Positions 17,576-39,751 of a DNA stretch of 64,000 nt are shown here, one piece after another. The number at the start of each line of letters is the position of its first letter. Within the stretch, counting starts at the first letter, position 1. The notes beneath the pieces were generated by a model, which saw only the letters and a program-made list of their open reading frames with translations, was not told where the DNA came from and ran no database searches. This stretch comes from Salpingoeca rosetta (taxonomy: Eukaryota; Protista; Choanoflagellata), in the NCBI GenBank assembly GCA_033442325.1, contig JAWQFM010000018.1:636617-700616 (forward strand), in the 5' to 3' direction. A program made the translations under genes and the position numbers.

Positions 17576-18743
17576 GTGGTGATGATGATGATAACTTTTG
17601 GTCGTGGGAACGAGTGTGCTCTATACACACACACACACACACACGCATCCACAACCTCGAGGCTCACCAAATACTCCCCACTCCCCTTCATCACGCCCCC
17701 CCCCCGCCCCAAATCAAATCAGGCTGCGGTGCTGCTGCTGAACAACACGATTGTGTCGCATCCAGAGGATGTGGACATGCGCGTGCACCTGCGCAATGAG
17801 ATGTACAACTGCGGGCTGCAGGCTGCGCTCGACAACATGATGCGCGAACTTGAGCAGCAGAACCCGGATCTCGCAAAGCCAAAGGAGGACGGTGAGGCTG
17901 TGTGCATGTCTGTGTGTGTGTGTGTGTGTGTCTCTGTGTGTCTCTGTGTGTGTGTGTCTCTGTGTGTCTCTGTGTGTCTGTGTGTCTGTCTGTATGTGTG
18001 CCTGTGTGTGCGTGTGTGTCTGTGTGCCTTTGTGTGTGTCTGTGTGCCTTTGTGTGTCTGTGTGCCTTTGTGTGTCTGTGTGCCTTTGTGTGCCTGTGTC
18101 TGTATCTGCCTGTCTGTGCTTCCGTCCCTCACCATCAAAGCTGCTTCCTCTTGTTCTGGGGACCACGTGATGCACTGCAGACCCAAATGCGTCCCTGCGC
18201 CAAGGACCGGAGGCGGACCACTTTGATGTCATCATGACGCACGTGCGTACCATACAGCCGCACCTTCCCGTTGGTGTGCTTGGATGCTTGTCTGTGTATT
18301 TGTGTTTCATACCTGCCTGTGCACAAACCATGCTCACATCCGCACATGTACTCATTTATGTACATTCTCGCTTGCACATGCACACGCATGCACACAAACG
18401 TTGTGATTTGGGGCGTTGGGGCGGCAGTTGGACGTGTGGAATGGGGAAATGGAGGAGGACCTTGCAGAGCTTCAGGGGCGTTTCCACAACCTTCAGTTTG
18501 AGCTGCAATCCCCAGACGACTGCTTCTATGCCGTCAAGTCACTGCTCGATGGCACGCCGTGCATGCCCTACCTCACCTCCATCCTCCAACACCTCCTCCT
18601 CATCCGCGACGACGCCGTCGCAAGGTGCAAATGGTTGTGTGTGTGTGTGTGTGATGGTTGTGTGTGTGTGTGTCTGTCTGTCTGTCTGTCTGTTTATGTG
18701 CACATGTGTGTCTGTCTGTCCTCCCTCACACACACACACACAC

Positions 18744-18774
<31 letters not shown>

Positions 18775-19271
18775 TGCCCGCACGCACCTCATCCCCAACG
18801 GACAACGGCAGACTGCACTACTTCCAGCTGCTCGAGGAGGCCGTCTCCCAGATCGTCCTGCGAAAGGTGGCGAAGATGATGGTGATGGTGGTAGTTGTGC
18901 CTGTGCTGGCATTGTTTCGTTGCTGCTGGTGGTGATGGTGGTGATGATGGTGCTGGTGGTTCCTGATGTATTGGTGCCACCAGTATGATGCATGCTCACC
19001 TCACGTATCCATCACCAATCCAACTCAACACGCCCACCACCGTCATCGTCCTCGTCGTCGTCGTGGCGACCAGGGTGGTGCTGATCCCGACTTTCGGGGG
19101 CGCTTCTCCCTCGACACCGAAGTCTTTCTCGAACACATGCACAACGAGTACGCGCACTTGCTGGTTTGCTGCGCCTTGTATTTTGTCCTGAGATGTGTAC
19201 GTGTGCGTGTCGATCGCTTCGACTGCTCTTGAGGTTGTTGAACACACACACACACACATACACGTGTGCTA

Positions 19272-19341
<70 letters not shown>

Positions 19342-20145
19342 TAACCCCCCCCCCCCGCAACGCACCTCGTCTGTACTCCGCCCTTCCACTCTCGCCCACC
19401 AGGGACGAGACGGTGGCGTTGCAGGAAGAGCTGCACAAGACGCAGCGGGAGGTGGCGGATATGGAGACGCGCGCGCGCGAGGAGGAACGACAGCTGCGAG
19501 AGGCGTATGAGGCGAAGATCAAGGAGAAGGAGGTGGAGATCAAGTCGTGTCACGATCAGATTAAGGAGCTTGCCGTGAAGGTCGACGCGCTTGAGAATGA
19601 GGTGAAGGCCGCGCCTGACGCAAAAGAAACAGCAAAGCAGGAGGGTGACTCGTCAGCAGCAACAACAACCGCAACAGCTGCTGCACCAGCACCACCTCCA
19701 CCTCCCCCTCCTCCACCACCACCTCCTCCAGGCTCAGAGGGGTCTGCACCACCACCGCCGCCACCGCCACCGCCACCGCCGCCACCGCCAGGACAGGGTG
19801 AGTGCATTGTGATGGTTGTGGGCTCGGATGTTCATTTGGCAGGCGTAGTTGTCCGTTGTGTTGGCCCGGTTTTGTAGTGTTGTTGTTCTTTGCTTTGCGC
19901 TTCTCTCCTGTTCATGCTCTGCATTCTTCTTGTCGCGCCTCTGCGTCATCCGTGTGAGCCATCTCATTTCCTGTTCACCTCACCACCCACTTCATCCATT
20001 CATCCCTTCATCCCCCCATCGCTTCAACACGCCATGCCTTCCCAACAGGTGCACCGCCACCGCCACCGCCACCACCGATGCCTGGTGCACCACCGCCTCC
20101 TCCAATGCCGGGCGTGCCAGGAGCACCGCCACCACCCCCACCTCC

Positions 20146-20190
<45 letters not shown>

Positions 20191-20205
20191 GTCTGTGTGT
20201 GTGTG

Positions 20206-20304
<99 letters not shown>

Positions 20305-20768
20305 CGTGCGGGTTAGACTCTTGGGTGAGTGACCATGGCGCAATCGTCACTGCAATACTCATGACACCCCATCCCATCACCACCACCACCATCACCACCA
20401 CCATCACCATGACACTGTCAGGCGGAATGCCTGGTGGTGCTGTTGTGGCGAAGAAGAAATACCGCACAAAAGTCAAGACGAAGCGCGCAAACTGGGTGGA
20501 GGTCAACGCAAGACAGGTGTGTTGCTCTGTGTGTGTGTGTGCTGTGTGCTGTGTGCGTGCCATTTATACACATTTATTGCTGTTTGTGCTGCAACCATCG
20601 CTCCTCGTGTGCTGACATGTGTCGCATCCTTTTTCGTCGTGGATTTGCGCACCAGATCAAGGACACGTTCTGGGTCTCAACAGCAGAGGACCAACTCGGT
20701 ACGTGCTGCTGCTACTGCTGATTCTGTTGTATTTCCTCACTCGTTCTCGCTCTCGACGCACACACACA

Positions 20769-20857
<89 letters not shown>

Positions 20858-21119
20858 GCACACACTCTCTCACACGCGTTCCTGCCATTTCGCCACCTCC
20901 AGAGACGTCTGTGCCGTTTGACGTACTGGAGGACCGGTTCAGATCGCGCCTTCCAAAGTCGAAGCTCGGCGCTGGCGCTGGCGACGACGCGAAGAAGAAG
21001 AAGAAGCAGGAGCGCACGGTGCTCGATGCAAACAAGTCGCGAAACCTCGCCATCGCCCTCAGCACAGTCAAGGTGGGCTGCCATTTGGTTCGGTTTGTGT
21101 GCTGGGGAGGGTGTGTGCT

Positions 21120-21209
<90 letters not shown>

Positions 21210-21420
21210 CGTGTGCATGTGTGTGCATGTATGCACAGACTGCTTCTCTTGCCAACCCCTCACCACCTTTCCATACCACTTACCCCTAACCCCACGGCCA
21301 ACAGATGGACGTTGAGGAAATCAAAACGGCACTGCTGGCCATGGATTTGAAGGCGCTTGACCAGGCCCTCCTTGAGAACTGCATCAAATACGCGCCAGAC
21401 AAGACAGAGGTCTGTCTTAT

Positions 21421-21465
<45 letters not shown>

Positions 21466-22160
21466 ACGTGTATCTCCTGCCCGACCAACCAAATCCTCAC
21501 TCCATCTAATTGACGGCCCGCCACTTCGCCGTGCTGCTGTTCAGGTGAAAGCGCTTGAGAGCACAAAGTCGAAGACAGAGGATCTTGCGAAATCCGATCG
21601 CTTCCTCCTGCAGATGATCCAAGTGCCGCAATACACGTGCGTCCTTCTGTGCTGTACCGTGTTAGTGTGTGTGTGTGTGTGCGTGTATGTCTGTGTGTGT
21701 GCGTGTGTGTGTATGTGTGTGTGTGTGTGTGTGTCGTCTGTCTATCTGTCTGTCTGTGCCGCACACATGCTTGATGTACTGTGAGCGGGTGCTTTCTTTC
21801 AACTCACCGCCATCATCATCACCACCATCACCACCATCACCACCATCACCATCGCGTGTGCAGTGAACGTGTTGAGCACCTGCTGTTCATGTCGCGATTT
21901 GAGGACGAGAGAAAAGAGGCGGAACCAGTGAGTCCAGCCGTTCATTTCTTTTGTTGTCCGTCATCATCGTTTTGTGATCTTACTCGTACCCAGTGTGCTG
22001 TTGTTGATGCTGGTTGCGTTCGTACCACGCCTTTGCGTCGGACCTTGCGTCATGTCGTACCTTGCACTCTCGCGTGTGCTCGCAACCCGTCCTCCTCACT
22101 CGTAAACGTGTGCACATGTCTGTATACGTGTGCGTGTGTGTGTGTGTGTGCGTGTGTGTG

Positions 22161-22192
<32 letters not shown>

Positions 22193-23794
22193 CAGTCGCT
22201 TGACGATATTCTGAAGGCGTCGGAGATTGTTCGCTCCAACAAGAGCTTCCATCGGCTCCTGGAGGTGAGAAACACGTGGATGTTTTGGCTGTGTGCATGA
22301 ATGGTTGATGGCTGACTTTGGGTTCAAGTCTCTGTCGTGCCGTGACACCGCAACTACGACGTTGTGACCATCATTGCCACATCGACGCACCGTCTCACGA
22401 CACGACATTACGACCTCACACGCGCGATATTTGTATCCTGCAGACCGTGTTGCTGATTGGAAACTACATGAACTCGAGCAACAACAAGAAGTGCGCTGTT
22501 GGCTTCAAGCTGCCATTCCTCACCCAGGTTCGTGGCCGCACACCAGAAACTGCTGTGCTGTGTTGTGTTTGGTTCTTATTTGCATGTTGCCTTCAGGTGA
22601 TGATTTGCATGTACGTTTTTGCTTTCTGGACGCGTGGCAAGGCCTCTCATCACATGCGCAAAGTGCACACACACACGCACACAACTTACGTGCAATGCAC
22701 CCACTGTGCACACAATGCACCGTGATGTCTTCTTCCCCTCTCCCGTCTCTTCCCTGCCCATTAGTTGAAGAACACAAAGACGGTGGACAACAAGGGCACG
22801 CTGCTGCACTTTCTTGCGGAGCTGGCGGTCGACAATCGCATTCCACAGCTGCGCCTCTTGTCGGAGCAGCTCAAGTGTGTGGATGCAGCTGCAAAAGGTT
22901 TGTTTGTTTGTTTGGTTGTTTGTTTGTTTGTTTGTTTGTTTGTTTGTTTGTTTGTTTGTTTGTTTGTTTGTTTGTTTGTTTGTTTGTTTGTTTGTTTGTT
23001 TGTTTGTTTGTTGGGCTCATTGCCGATGATGATTCCCCTTTCCAACCCTCACCCAACACGTCCCTCACGCGTGCATGTGTGTGTATGTACCGCCATCACA
23101 ACAGTTGACTTGGACAGCGTGAGCAGCGATGTGAATCTGCTTGGCGCCGGCCTGAGGAAGATGAAGACAACCCTCAGCAAAGCCAAGGTGCGTGACACGT
23201 GCGTGCGTGCGTGTGTGCGTGTGTGTGTGTGTGTGTGCAGCAGAGTTGTGAGACATGCACAGCAGGCGACAAGAAACAACACGCAGCCCACAACAGTGCA
23301 ACACCGTAACAGTACTTTGCTCGCGTTTGTCATCACACACACACGCACACATACTGTAGTCGTCGAAGAAGGACGAGTTGAAGCCTGCGCTGAAGGCGTT
23401 TATGGAGGAGAAACAGGAGACGATTGACAAGCTGCGATCGCTGATGGAGCAGGCCCAGAACAGCTACAAGCAGGTGTGTAGCCGGACCACTGCGCATGAA
23501 GCACTGGAGTGGAGGGGGCAGATGTCGTGTGTGGAATGAGAAAGAAGTGCAAACGGGATTGCAACAGATGGTGGTCAAGGGGACTTTTGTTCTTGTGTGT
23601 GATGTTGAGGAAGTAGAAAGGCTGAGGGTGTTTATTGCATCCATGTGCTTTCATTCATCCCGAACTTGCCGTCGTGGTTCCCGTTCAGGTTGTGACGTTT
23701 TACGGTGCCAAAGTTGAAGACTTTAGCGGAACGCAGGAGTTTTTTGGTCTCATCAGCGAATTCTTGAGGGAATTTGATGTGCGTACACAGCATG

Positions 23795-23828
<34 letters not shown>

Positions 23829-24256
23829 CTATCTGTCTGTCTGTCTGTCTGTCCGTGCGTGCTTTTGTGTTTGTTGCCTTTGTTTGCTTCGTTTTATGTG
23901 CATGCATGCATGTACCACGTCCACCTGCCATCCTGTTTCTCCGTCTCACCACCACGACCACCGTGTCCGTCGCCGCCTTCAACCCTCGTCGTGACATCAG
24001 GTCGCCATCAAAGACATCGAGAAGCAGCGGGAGGCCGAGCGACGCGAGCGCGAGCGGAAAGCACGCGAGGTGAAGTGCTTTGCTTTCTTTCTTTGTTTGC
24101 TTCTTTGTTGTGTTTGCTCCTGCATTATTACGTTGTGATGTCGCTTGTTTGTCGCTGTTGTGTTGCAGTCCAAAATGGAGCTTGGTAGGATGGCAAGCCA
24201 TCCACGAAGCAACTTCTTCACAGCACGCACACACACGCGCGCGCACACACTCTCTC

Positions 24257-24308
<52 letters not shown>

Positions 24309-24494
24309 TCACTCACTCACTCCCTCACACCCTTGCTGTTGTGGAACGACAGGAGGAGGCGAAGAAGAAGAAAGAGGACCGGCGGAAGCGGCGGACGATT
24401 GTGTTTCAGGGCAGCGAGGGCCGCGGTGTCATGGACGACCTCATCCAACACCTCAAATCAGGCGACGCCTTTGGGTGCGGTCGCTGTGTGTGTG

Positions 24495-24582
<88 letters not shown>

Positions 24583-24798
24583 CGCTTCACGCATTCGAAC
24601 CACACTCATGCTGTTCCGCATCACCACAACAATGACGAATCAGTGATCGCCCCCGCCGACGAAAGCGCCGCGCCGCCGAAGGAAAGAAGAACAGCACCAG
24701 CAGCGACACAAGCAAACTCGCCACCAGCACCGCGAGCGGAACAAGCGAGCTCGCAGCCAGCACACAGAACAACGACCTACCAGGTGCGCCTGTTGTGC

Positions 24799-24837
<39 letters not shown>

Positions 24838-24867
24838 GTATGTGTGTCTCTGTGTGTGTGTCTGTGT

Positions 24868-24898
<31 letters not shown>

Positions 24899-25544
24899 GT
24901 TTCCTTTGCCTTTGACACCACCGTGCTCGATTTTGGACCATAGCGCGCAGAATGTTGCACATGTTCACGCTGTGCGCTCGCCTCACGCGGGTTCATGCCC
25001 CCCCCCCCCCAATCCATCGCACATCACAGAGTCTTCATCGTCAGCATCGAGTAATGGTGGTGGCAGCGGCGGCGTTACTCGTCGGGATAATGGCGCGAAC
25101 AGGCGCGGCCGACGAAAGCTGCAGAACGTGAGTCGCTGGTGGAGACATGGCAGCGTACCAATCGTTTTATCCTCCAGACCGCCACAGCCACGTCCTCCGC
25201 AGTAGACACGGCCTCACTCACTCACTCACTCACTCACTCACTCACTCACTCACTCACTCACTCACTCACTCGCTTACTCACTCACTCACACACTCACTCA
25301 CTCACTTGCTCACTCACACACGCGCGCACTCACTCACTCGCTTACTCACTCACTCACACACACACTCACTCACTCACTCACACACACACACTCACTCCCT
25401 TGCTTTCAGATGGCTGGCGGGATGCTGGATGAACTGCTGCAATCGCCGCCTTCGTCGTCATCGTCAGCGTCACAACAACAACAGCAGCAGCAGCAGCAGC
25501 CGCCCAACGACGCGGCAAGCAGTCCGCACCAATCGCACATTTAG
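14930..25544 (+). CDS. Diaphanous-related formin (GBD/FH3 - coiled coil - FH1 - FH2 - DAD)
   Basis: About 30 exons; 12-nt first exon ATGCTGCGAAGG at 14930. GBD/FH3 ([39 protein letters not shown]). Polyproline FH1 at ~19680-20147. FH2 ([46 protein letters not shown]). [32 protein letters not shown] 25542-25544. Confidence 0.93.
22899..23010. repeat. (TTTG)n intronic microsatellite
   Basis: Tetranucleotide run directly after a formin splice donor. Confidence 0.9.
25213..25380. repeat. (CACT)n intronic microsatellite, imperfect
   Basis: Seen directly in the last formin intron. Confidence 0.85.
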
Positions 25545-25901
25545 AGCATCAGTGATGCGTTTGTCCTTGCACCACCCTTTGCATCACATGCTCATAATTT
25601 GCTCCTTGCTTATTTCTCCCTTTTGTTTGAGCACGCTGCACACAGATGTTGATGCTGCGTGGTGCTGCTTGCGTCAGCTTTTACAGAGAGTAGACAGAAA
25701 GAACTTTCAACTTGGCAGATGTCAGTTTGGGTTGCGTGTCGTGTATTGGATGATGGACCAAAAGCACACAAGGCAGCGAGCGAACAGCACAACAACCACA
25801 ACACACAGAAAGAAACATGCAAGCAATGCATGGTTATCCTCCCCGCGAAACAGCGGGGTTGAAGAATGCTTGAAGATATGGACCACGTGAAGAACACCCA
25901 A

Positions 25902-25946
<45 letters not shown>

Positions 25947-26144
25947 ACGCAGTTGCACATGGGCAAGCACGTACACCACAGAGATCTAACAACCACGCAA
26001 CCAAGCATAAACAACAACTCTTCACAACATTGACAAGGCTCCCAGCACCACGCTTACTTGCAGACAAGCAAGAGGGCGTAGCTGGAAGTTGCACGTGAAA
26101 GTGCTAACTGGTCTCCAGGGTTCAGCTTCGAGACGCCATCGGGC

Positions 26145-27323
26145 TCAGTACCCCTCAAAAAGAGGGCCTTCAGCGGGTGTCACACGGCGTTGCAGGGCCG
26201 TGAGCGCCTGCAGGGTGTAGTTGGCCGCGTCGATCTCGTTCCTGAGGGCGCGGGTCTTGAGGCGCTGCCAGTGATCGAGCGCATTCTCGAAGCGGCGTTT
26301 GCACGTCTGGGTCCAGTTGTTCTGCACTTTGCGGCGCTGGTCCTTGAACTTCACCTCGAGCATGGGGTGGATGCGTCCCAGGGCGACCTTGATCACCGCT
26401 GCCGTGGCTCTGGTTACGACCAGCGCAGGCTGGAAGAAGGTCGCCAGCCCGCGAGCAAGGTCGACCTCCTGTGCCATGAACTGCAACAGCTCCGCGCCGT
26501 CCACGTCGCCGAGAGCCAGCTGCTCGATGAAGGCTGTGAGGTCATCGTTGTCGGAGGGAGTCGGCGGGTGCACGTACTCGGGCTTTGGTGGCAGGGTTCT
26601 CAGGGCAGTGGTGCGGGGTCCTTCATCATTGCCATCATCATCCTCATCATCGCTACCTGCACCCTGGTCATCACCATTGTGGGCACCGCCATCATCACCG
26701 CCTTCGCCTTCGCCTTCTCCAGCGTTGTTCAAGGCTTGGCCCACGCCAGCATTGTCCCGGAGGTTGAAGAAAAAGGGCTCCAAAGCATCAGCACCGAGAA
26801 GATTCGGGTCCACGCATCCCTCCATAACACGGAGGATGTTGTCTGCTTGCTGAAGGAGTTGGCCGACGTCCAAGTCGGCAGCAATGTCGGCGCCCGCGTT
26901 GACGTGCCCTTGCTGAGGCCCGGGGTCGCCCCAGTCCTGGGCGCCGTTGCCGTCGAACAGCGGATCCATATCGAGTGGCACATGCACTTGGTCGACGCCC
27001 ACGTCGCCTGCCACATCGAGCGCCGCGTGGGCGAATACGTCGCCGGGCTCGCCCCCGTCACTCTGGAACGGCACGTCGTCGATGGGATGGTTCAGGCCTC
27101 CAAAGAGTGCCCTGTTGTCAGCCACGAGCTGGTCGTGGTCCTCGGTGTTACGCTGGTGCTGCGGCAACGCCCAGTAGTTGGGCTCTGGTTGTCGTTGCCA
27201 TCGCTGTGGCCATCGTGGTGGCCGACCGTGAAGCCGTCGTGGTGGCCGTCCCCGTGGCTGGCGCTGTCTCCGCACTAACTCAGCGCGGAGACGCTGCAGC
27301 ACCGGCTGGTGGTCGTCATCCAT
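26145..27323 (-). CDS. Intronless hypothetical protein, 392 aa; acidic disordered N-half, helical C-terminal domain (BEN-like?)
   Basis: Long ATG-TGA ORF with no microsatellites, GC-rich third positions and protein-like composition. Confidence 0.7.
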   Translation of the reverse strand: MDDDHQPVLQRLRAELVRRQRQPRGRPPRRLHGRPPRWPQRWQRQPEPNYWALPQHQRNTEDHDQLVADNRALFGGLNHPIDDVPFQSDGGEPGDVFAHAALDVAGDVGVDQVHVPLDMDPLFDGNGAQDWGDPGPQQGHVNAGADIAADLDVGQLLQQADNILRVMEGCVDPNLLGADALEPFFFNLRDNAGVGQALNNAGEGEGEGGDDGGAHNGDDQGAGSDDEDDDGNDEGPRTTALRTLPPKPEYVHPPTPSDNDDLTAFIEQLALGDVDGAELLQFMAQEVDLARGLATFFQPALVVTRATAAVIKVALGRIHPMLEVKFKDQRRKVQNNWTQTCKRRFENALDHWQRLKTRALRNEIDAANYTLQALTALQRRVTPAEGPLFEGY

Positions 27324-28054
27324 AGTGGCGGTCGCTGGTGCAGTGTGCTTGGTGTTCTTGTCTCCTCTTGGGGTCTGGTGACTGGTGTGGCTTTGTCGCG
27401 GATGTGGTTACGTGGTGGTTGTTTGTGGTTGGCTTGCTTGATGGTGGTCGTCGTAGTCGACTCAAAGAAAATGGTCAAAAATGCACAGTCCCTCGCACAC
27501 ATACTGGGCGCTGTATCGTCGGCTCCACCCGCACGGGGTTACTTTGAGTTGCCGCCACTGTTGTCGGTGCATCTCACAGTCTCACGTGAAGATACACGAT
27601 TACGAAGTACGAAGGTCGCACAAGCAATGCAGTCTTCTTCCCTTTTGTTCGTGACGGAGCATGACAGACACCGCGTGACGTCCAGTTTGACAAACCTTTG
27701 GCCAGCACAACCGAAACGGCGCGCTGTCCAGCAGCATGCAGCAGCATGCAGCAGCATGCAGCAGCAGCATGAGAACGCTTGCGTGCGTGCTGGCCACTTC
27801 TTGCGAAGGTGTGCCCTGCAAGTGGCACACCAGCTCACTCAAACTTGGAATGGCGTTTTGGTGCGAGTGCCACCAGAGAACCTTTGCCTTTGCTGTCCTT
27901 TGTCTGCTTGCTGGCAATTTCGGATAAATCTTCAGTATATTTTCCATTCCAAGTCGGAACCAAAACGCCAACGAAGCAGTTCCAACGCTCCAACAACATG
28001 CGGCTCAGCGTTGCACGGGTGTTGCATGGGTGTTGCACAGAAGAGTTGCACGAG

Positions 28055-34495
<6,441 letters not shown>

Positions 34496-34583
34496 TTGTA
34501 TGGCGTTTCGCCAATTGCACAGGGTGGGAAGTGCAATTTGCAAACGTGTATGTGGAGGACAGCACCGCCACACACACACACAC

Positions 34584-34683
<100 letters not shown>

Positions 34684-34724
34684 GCACACACACACAGCAC
34701 ACACACACACTCCGAACGATCACC

Positions 34725-37750
<3,026 letters not shown>

Positions 37751-38175
37751 AGCGTGTGCGTGGGTGCGATGTGTGTGTGTGTCTGTGTGTCTGTGTGTGT
37801 CTGTGTGTGTCTGTGTCTGTGTGCGATGTGTCCGTGTCTGTGTCTGTGTGCGCAGCGCAGCGTGTGCGCGAAATGATGATTTGATGGCGAAGACTAAGAC
37901 TGTTTTGCTTGCTTGTTTGGCTTCTCCTCTTTTCTCTGACTCAAGCTCCCTGGCTGCTTCTTCTGCTCATCTTCACACGTGTGCTGTGCCATGACTTTGG
38001 ATAAGAACTTATGATTCGTCTATCTGCTCTATGTCTCTCCTCACTTTGAGAACTAAAAACACAAAATACCCGAAACACATCACGAGATCACACATCACAA
38101 TCACACACATGTATCCATGTGATGAATATCTCCTTCGCTCCACCTATCCACTCCCCCCCCCACCTCCAAAGTCAC

Positions 38176-39609
38176 TCAACATCCTGAGTCAATGATGAGA
38201 ACAGAGTCCGCACTGTGCGGCATGGCGTAGACGAGGCCGCTGCTGCCGTTGACGTTGCTGACAAACACGCCGCCAACCCACGGCAACAAGCTGTCCACCG
38301 TGACAGGCAGGGTGGTGGTCGTGGTGTGCATGGTGTTCGTGGCCGTGTTGATAACGAGGATGGCACCTGTGCTGACGGGCAAGCCGTAGATAAGGCCGTT
38401 GGACGCGCGAATGCCACTGATCCACTTGCTGACGGAGGGGTCGAAGCCCGCCATGGTGGTCACGTCCGTGGTGTTTGTGGCGGGGTCGATGATGAGCACG
38501 GCGTCGGCGCGGAGAGGGATGCCGTAGATGAGACCGTTGGAGCCAAGCACGGTGTCGTACCAGCGATCGGAGCCAGAGCCAAGACCAGCGATGCGTGTCA
38601 GGTCAAACGTGTTTGTTGCTGGGTTGAGAATCAGCACAGCGTCTGCATTGCGTGGTGCGGCATAAATGAGGCCGTTGCTGGCAAGCACGCCCATATACCA
38701 CTTGCAGCACGCGATACTGAACCCAGCGATGGTGGACGTGTCCGTGGTGTTCGTGGCCGGGTCGATGATCAGCACGGCCGTGGAGCTGTAGGGGACACTG
38801 TAAATGAGGCCGTTGTCCGCGAGCACGCCATTGCTCCACTTCATGTCGTTCTCGGGGGCCAACCCGGCCATGGTTGTTGCGTCGACCGTGTTGGTTTTCG
38901 GGTCGATGATCAGGACGGAGAGCGCTGAGTATGGAATGCCGTAGATGAGGCCGTTGTCTGCGAGAACACCGCCAACCCACTTTGTCTTCATCGTGGTGTC
39001 GTCGTCGAGGAAGACGCTGGGGATGGTGGTCGAGTCCGCAGTGTTGGTGCTGGGGTCGATGATGAGAACAGACTCTGCATTACTCGGCATGGCGTAGATG
39101 AGACCATTGGGCGCCAGCACCCCACCACTCCATTTTGACAACCCATTTGGGTCTGGGCCAGGAACGCTGATGCCTGTGATGGTGGTTGTGTCGATGCTCG
39201 GTTGGACCACCCCTGCCGCACACAGGCGCTTGCTCAGCAGCTCGGTTTGAGCAGTCAGCGCACGGATCATGGCCTTGCGGCCTTCCATCTTCGCAGCCAA
39301 GCTTGTGACTGCATTCTGCTGCTCCCTGATCACGTGTTGCTGTGCACGGGCTGCGGCCAACACATCCACGCCGTTGATGTACACCGGGTGCTGCAGCGGG
39401 TCGCTCGTGTTGATGTGAAACGCGCCCGCGGCATCCTCCTCCAACACGACTGCGGGGCCATCATCCGCGACCGAGGAAGGTGCAGCAGCAGCAGCAGCAG
39501 AAACGCCAGCTCGGTGGTTGAGGGTGAGGGTGAGGGTGGTGGTGATGAGGAGGAGGGCGAGGAGAACCACAACAACAGGGTGGAGGCTCAGCCCAAGATG
39601 TGCACGCAT
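38176..39609 (-). CDS. Intronless secreted/anchored 7-bladed beta-propeller repeat protein
   Basis: Hydrophobic leader (VVVVLLALLLI) and short coiled coil, then seven ~46-aa repeats with consensus KW-x-GGVLA-x-NGLIY-x-IP-xx-A-xx-VLIIDP-x-TNT-x-D. Stop at 38176. Confidence 0.85.
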   Translation of the reverse strand: MRAHLGLSLHPVVVVLLALLLITTTLTLTLNHRAGVSAAAAAAPSSVADDGPAVVLEEDAAGAFHINTSDPLQHPVYINGVDVLAAARAQQHVIREQQNAVTSLAAKMEGRKAMIRALTAQTELLSKRLCAAGVVQPSIDTTTITGISVPGPDPNGLSKWSGGVLAPNGLIYAMPSNAESVLIIDPSTNTADSTTIPSVFLDDDTTMKTKWVGGVLADNGLIYGIPYSALSVLIIDPKTNTVDATTMAGLAPENDMKWSNGVLADNGLIYSVPYSSTAVLIIDPATNTTDTSTIAGFSIACCKWYMGVLASNGLIYAAPRNADAVLILNPATNTFDLTRIAGLGSGSDRWYDTVLGSNGLIYGIPLRADAVLIIDPATNTTDVTTMAGFDPSVSKWISGIRASNGLIYGLPVSTGAILVINTATNTMHTTTTTLPVTVDSLLPWVGGVFVSNVNGSSGLVYAMPHSADSVLIIDSGC

Positions 39610-39751
39610 GTTGCTTGCTCTTCCTCGTGCGAGCAGCGTGACGTGATGGACATAAATGCGCATCAGATCATTTTGACGGAAAAGAAAAAAAAAGAAGACA
39701 GCAAACAGGGTGACTGTGCACGTATGTCTGTTTCATTCCTCGCAGCGACCG

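Noticed and set aside
26190-27278. 362-aa plus-strand ORF
   Set aside because: Antisense shadow of the 392-aa minus-strand ORF; expected with GC-rich codon usage.
25900-28000. Transposon boundaries around the intronless orphan ORF
   Set aside because: Only an 8-bp inverted match (gcagacaa/ttgtctgc) was found; no convincing TIR, LTR, target-site duplication or transposase.
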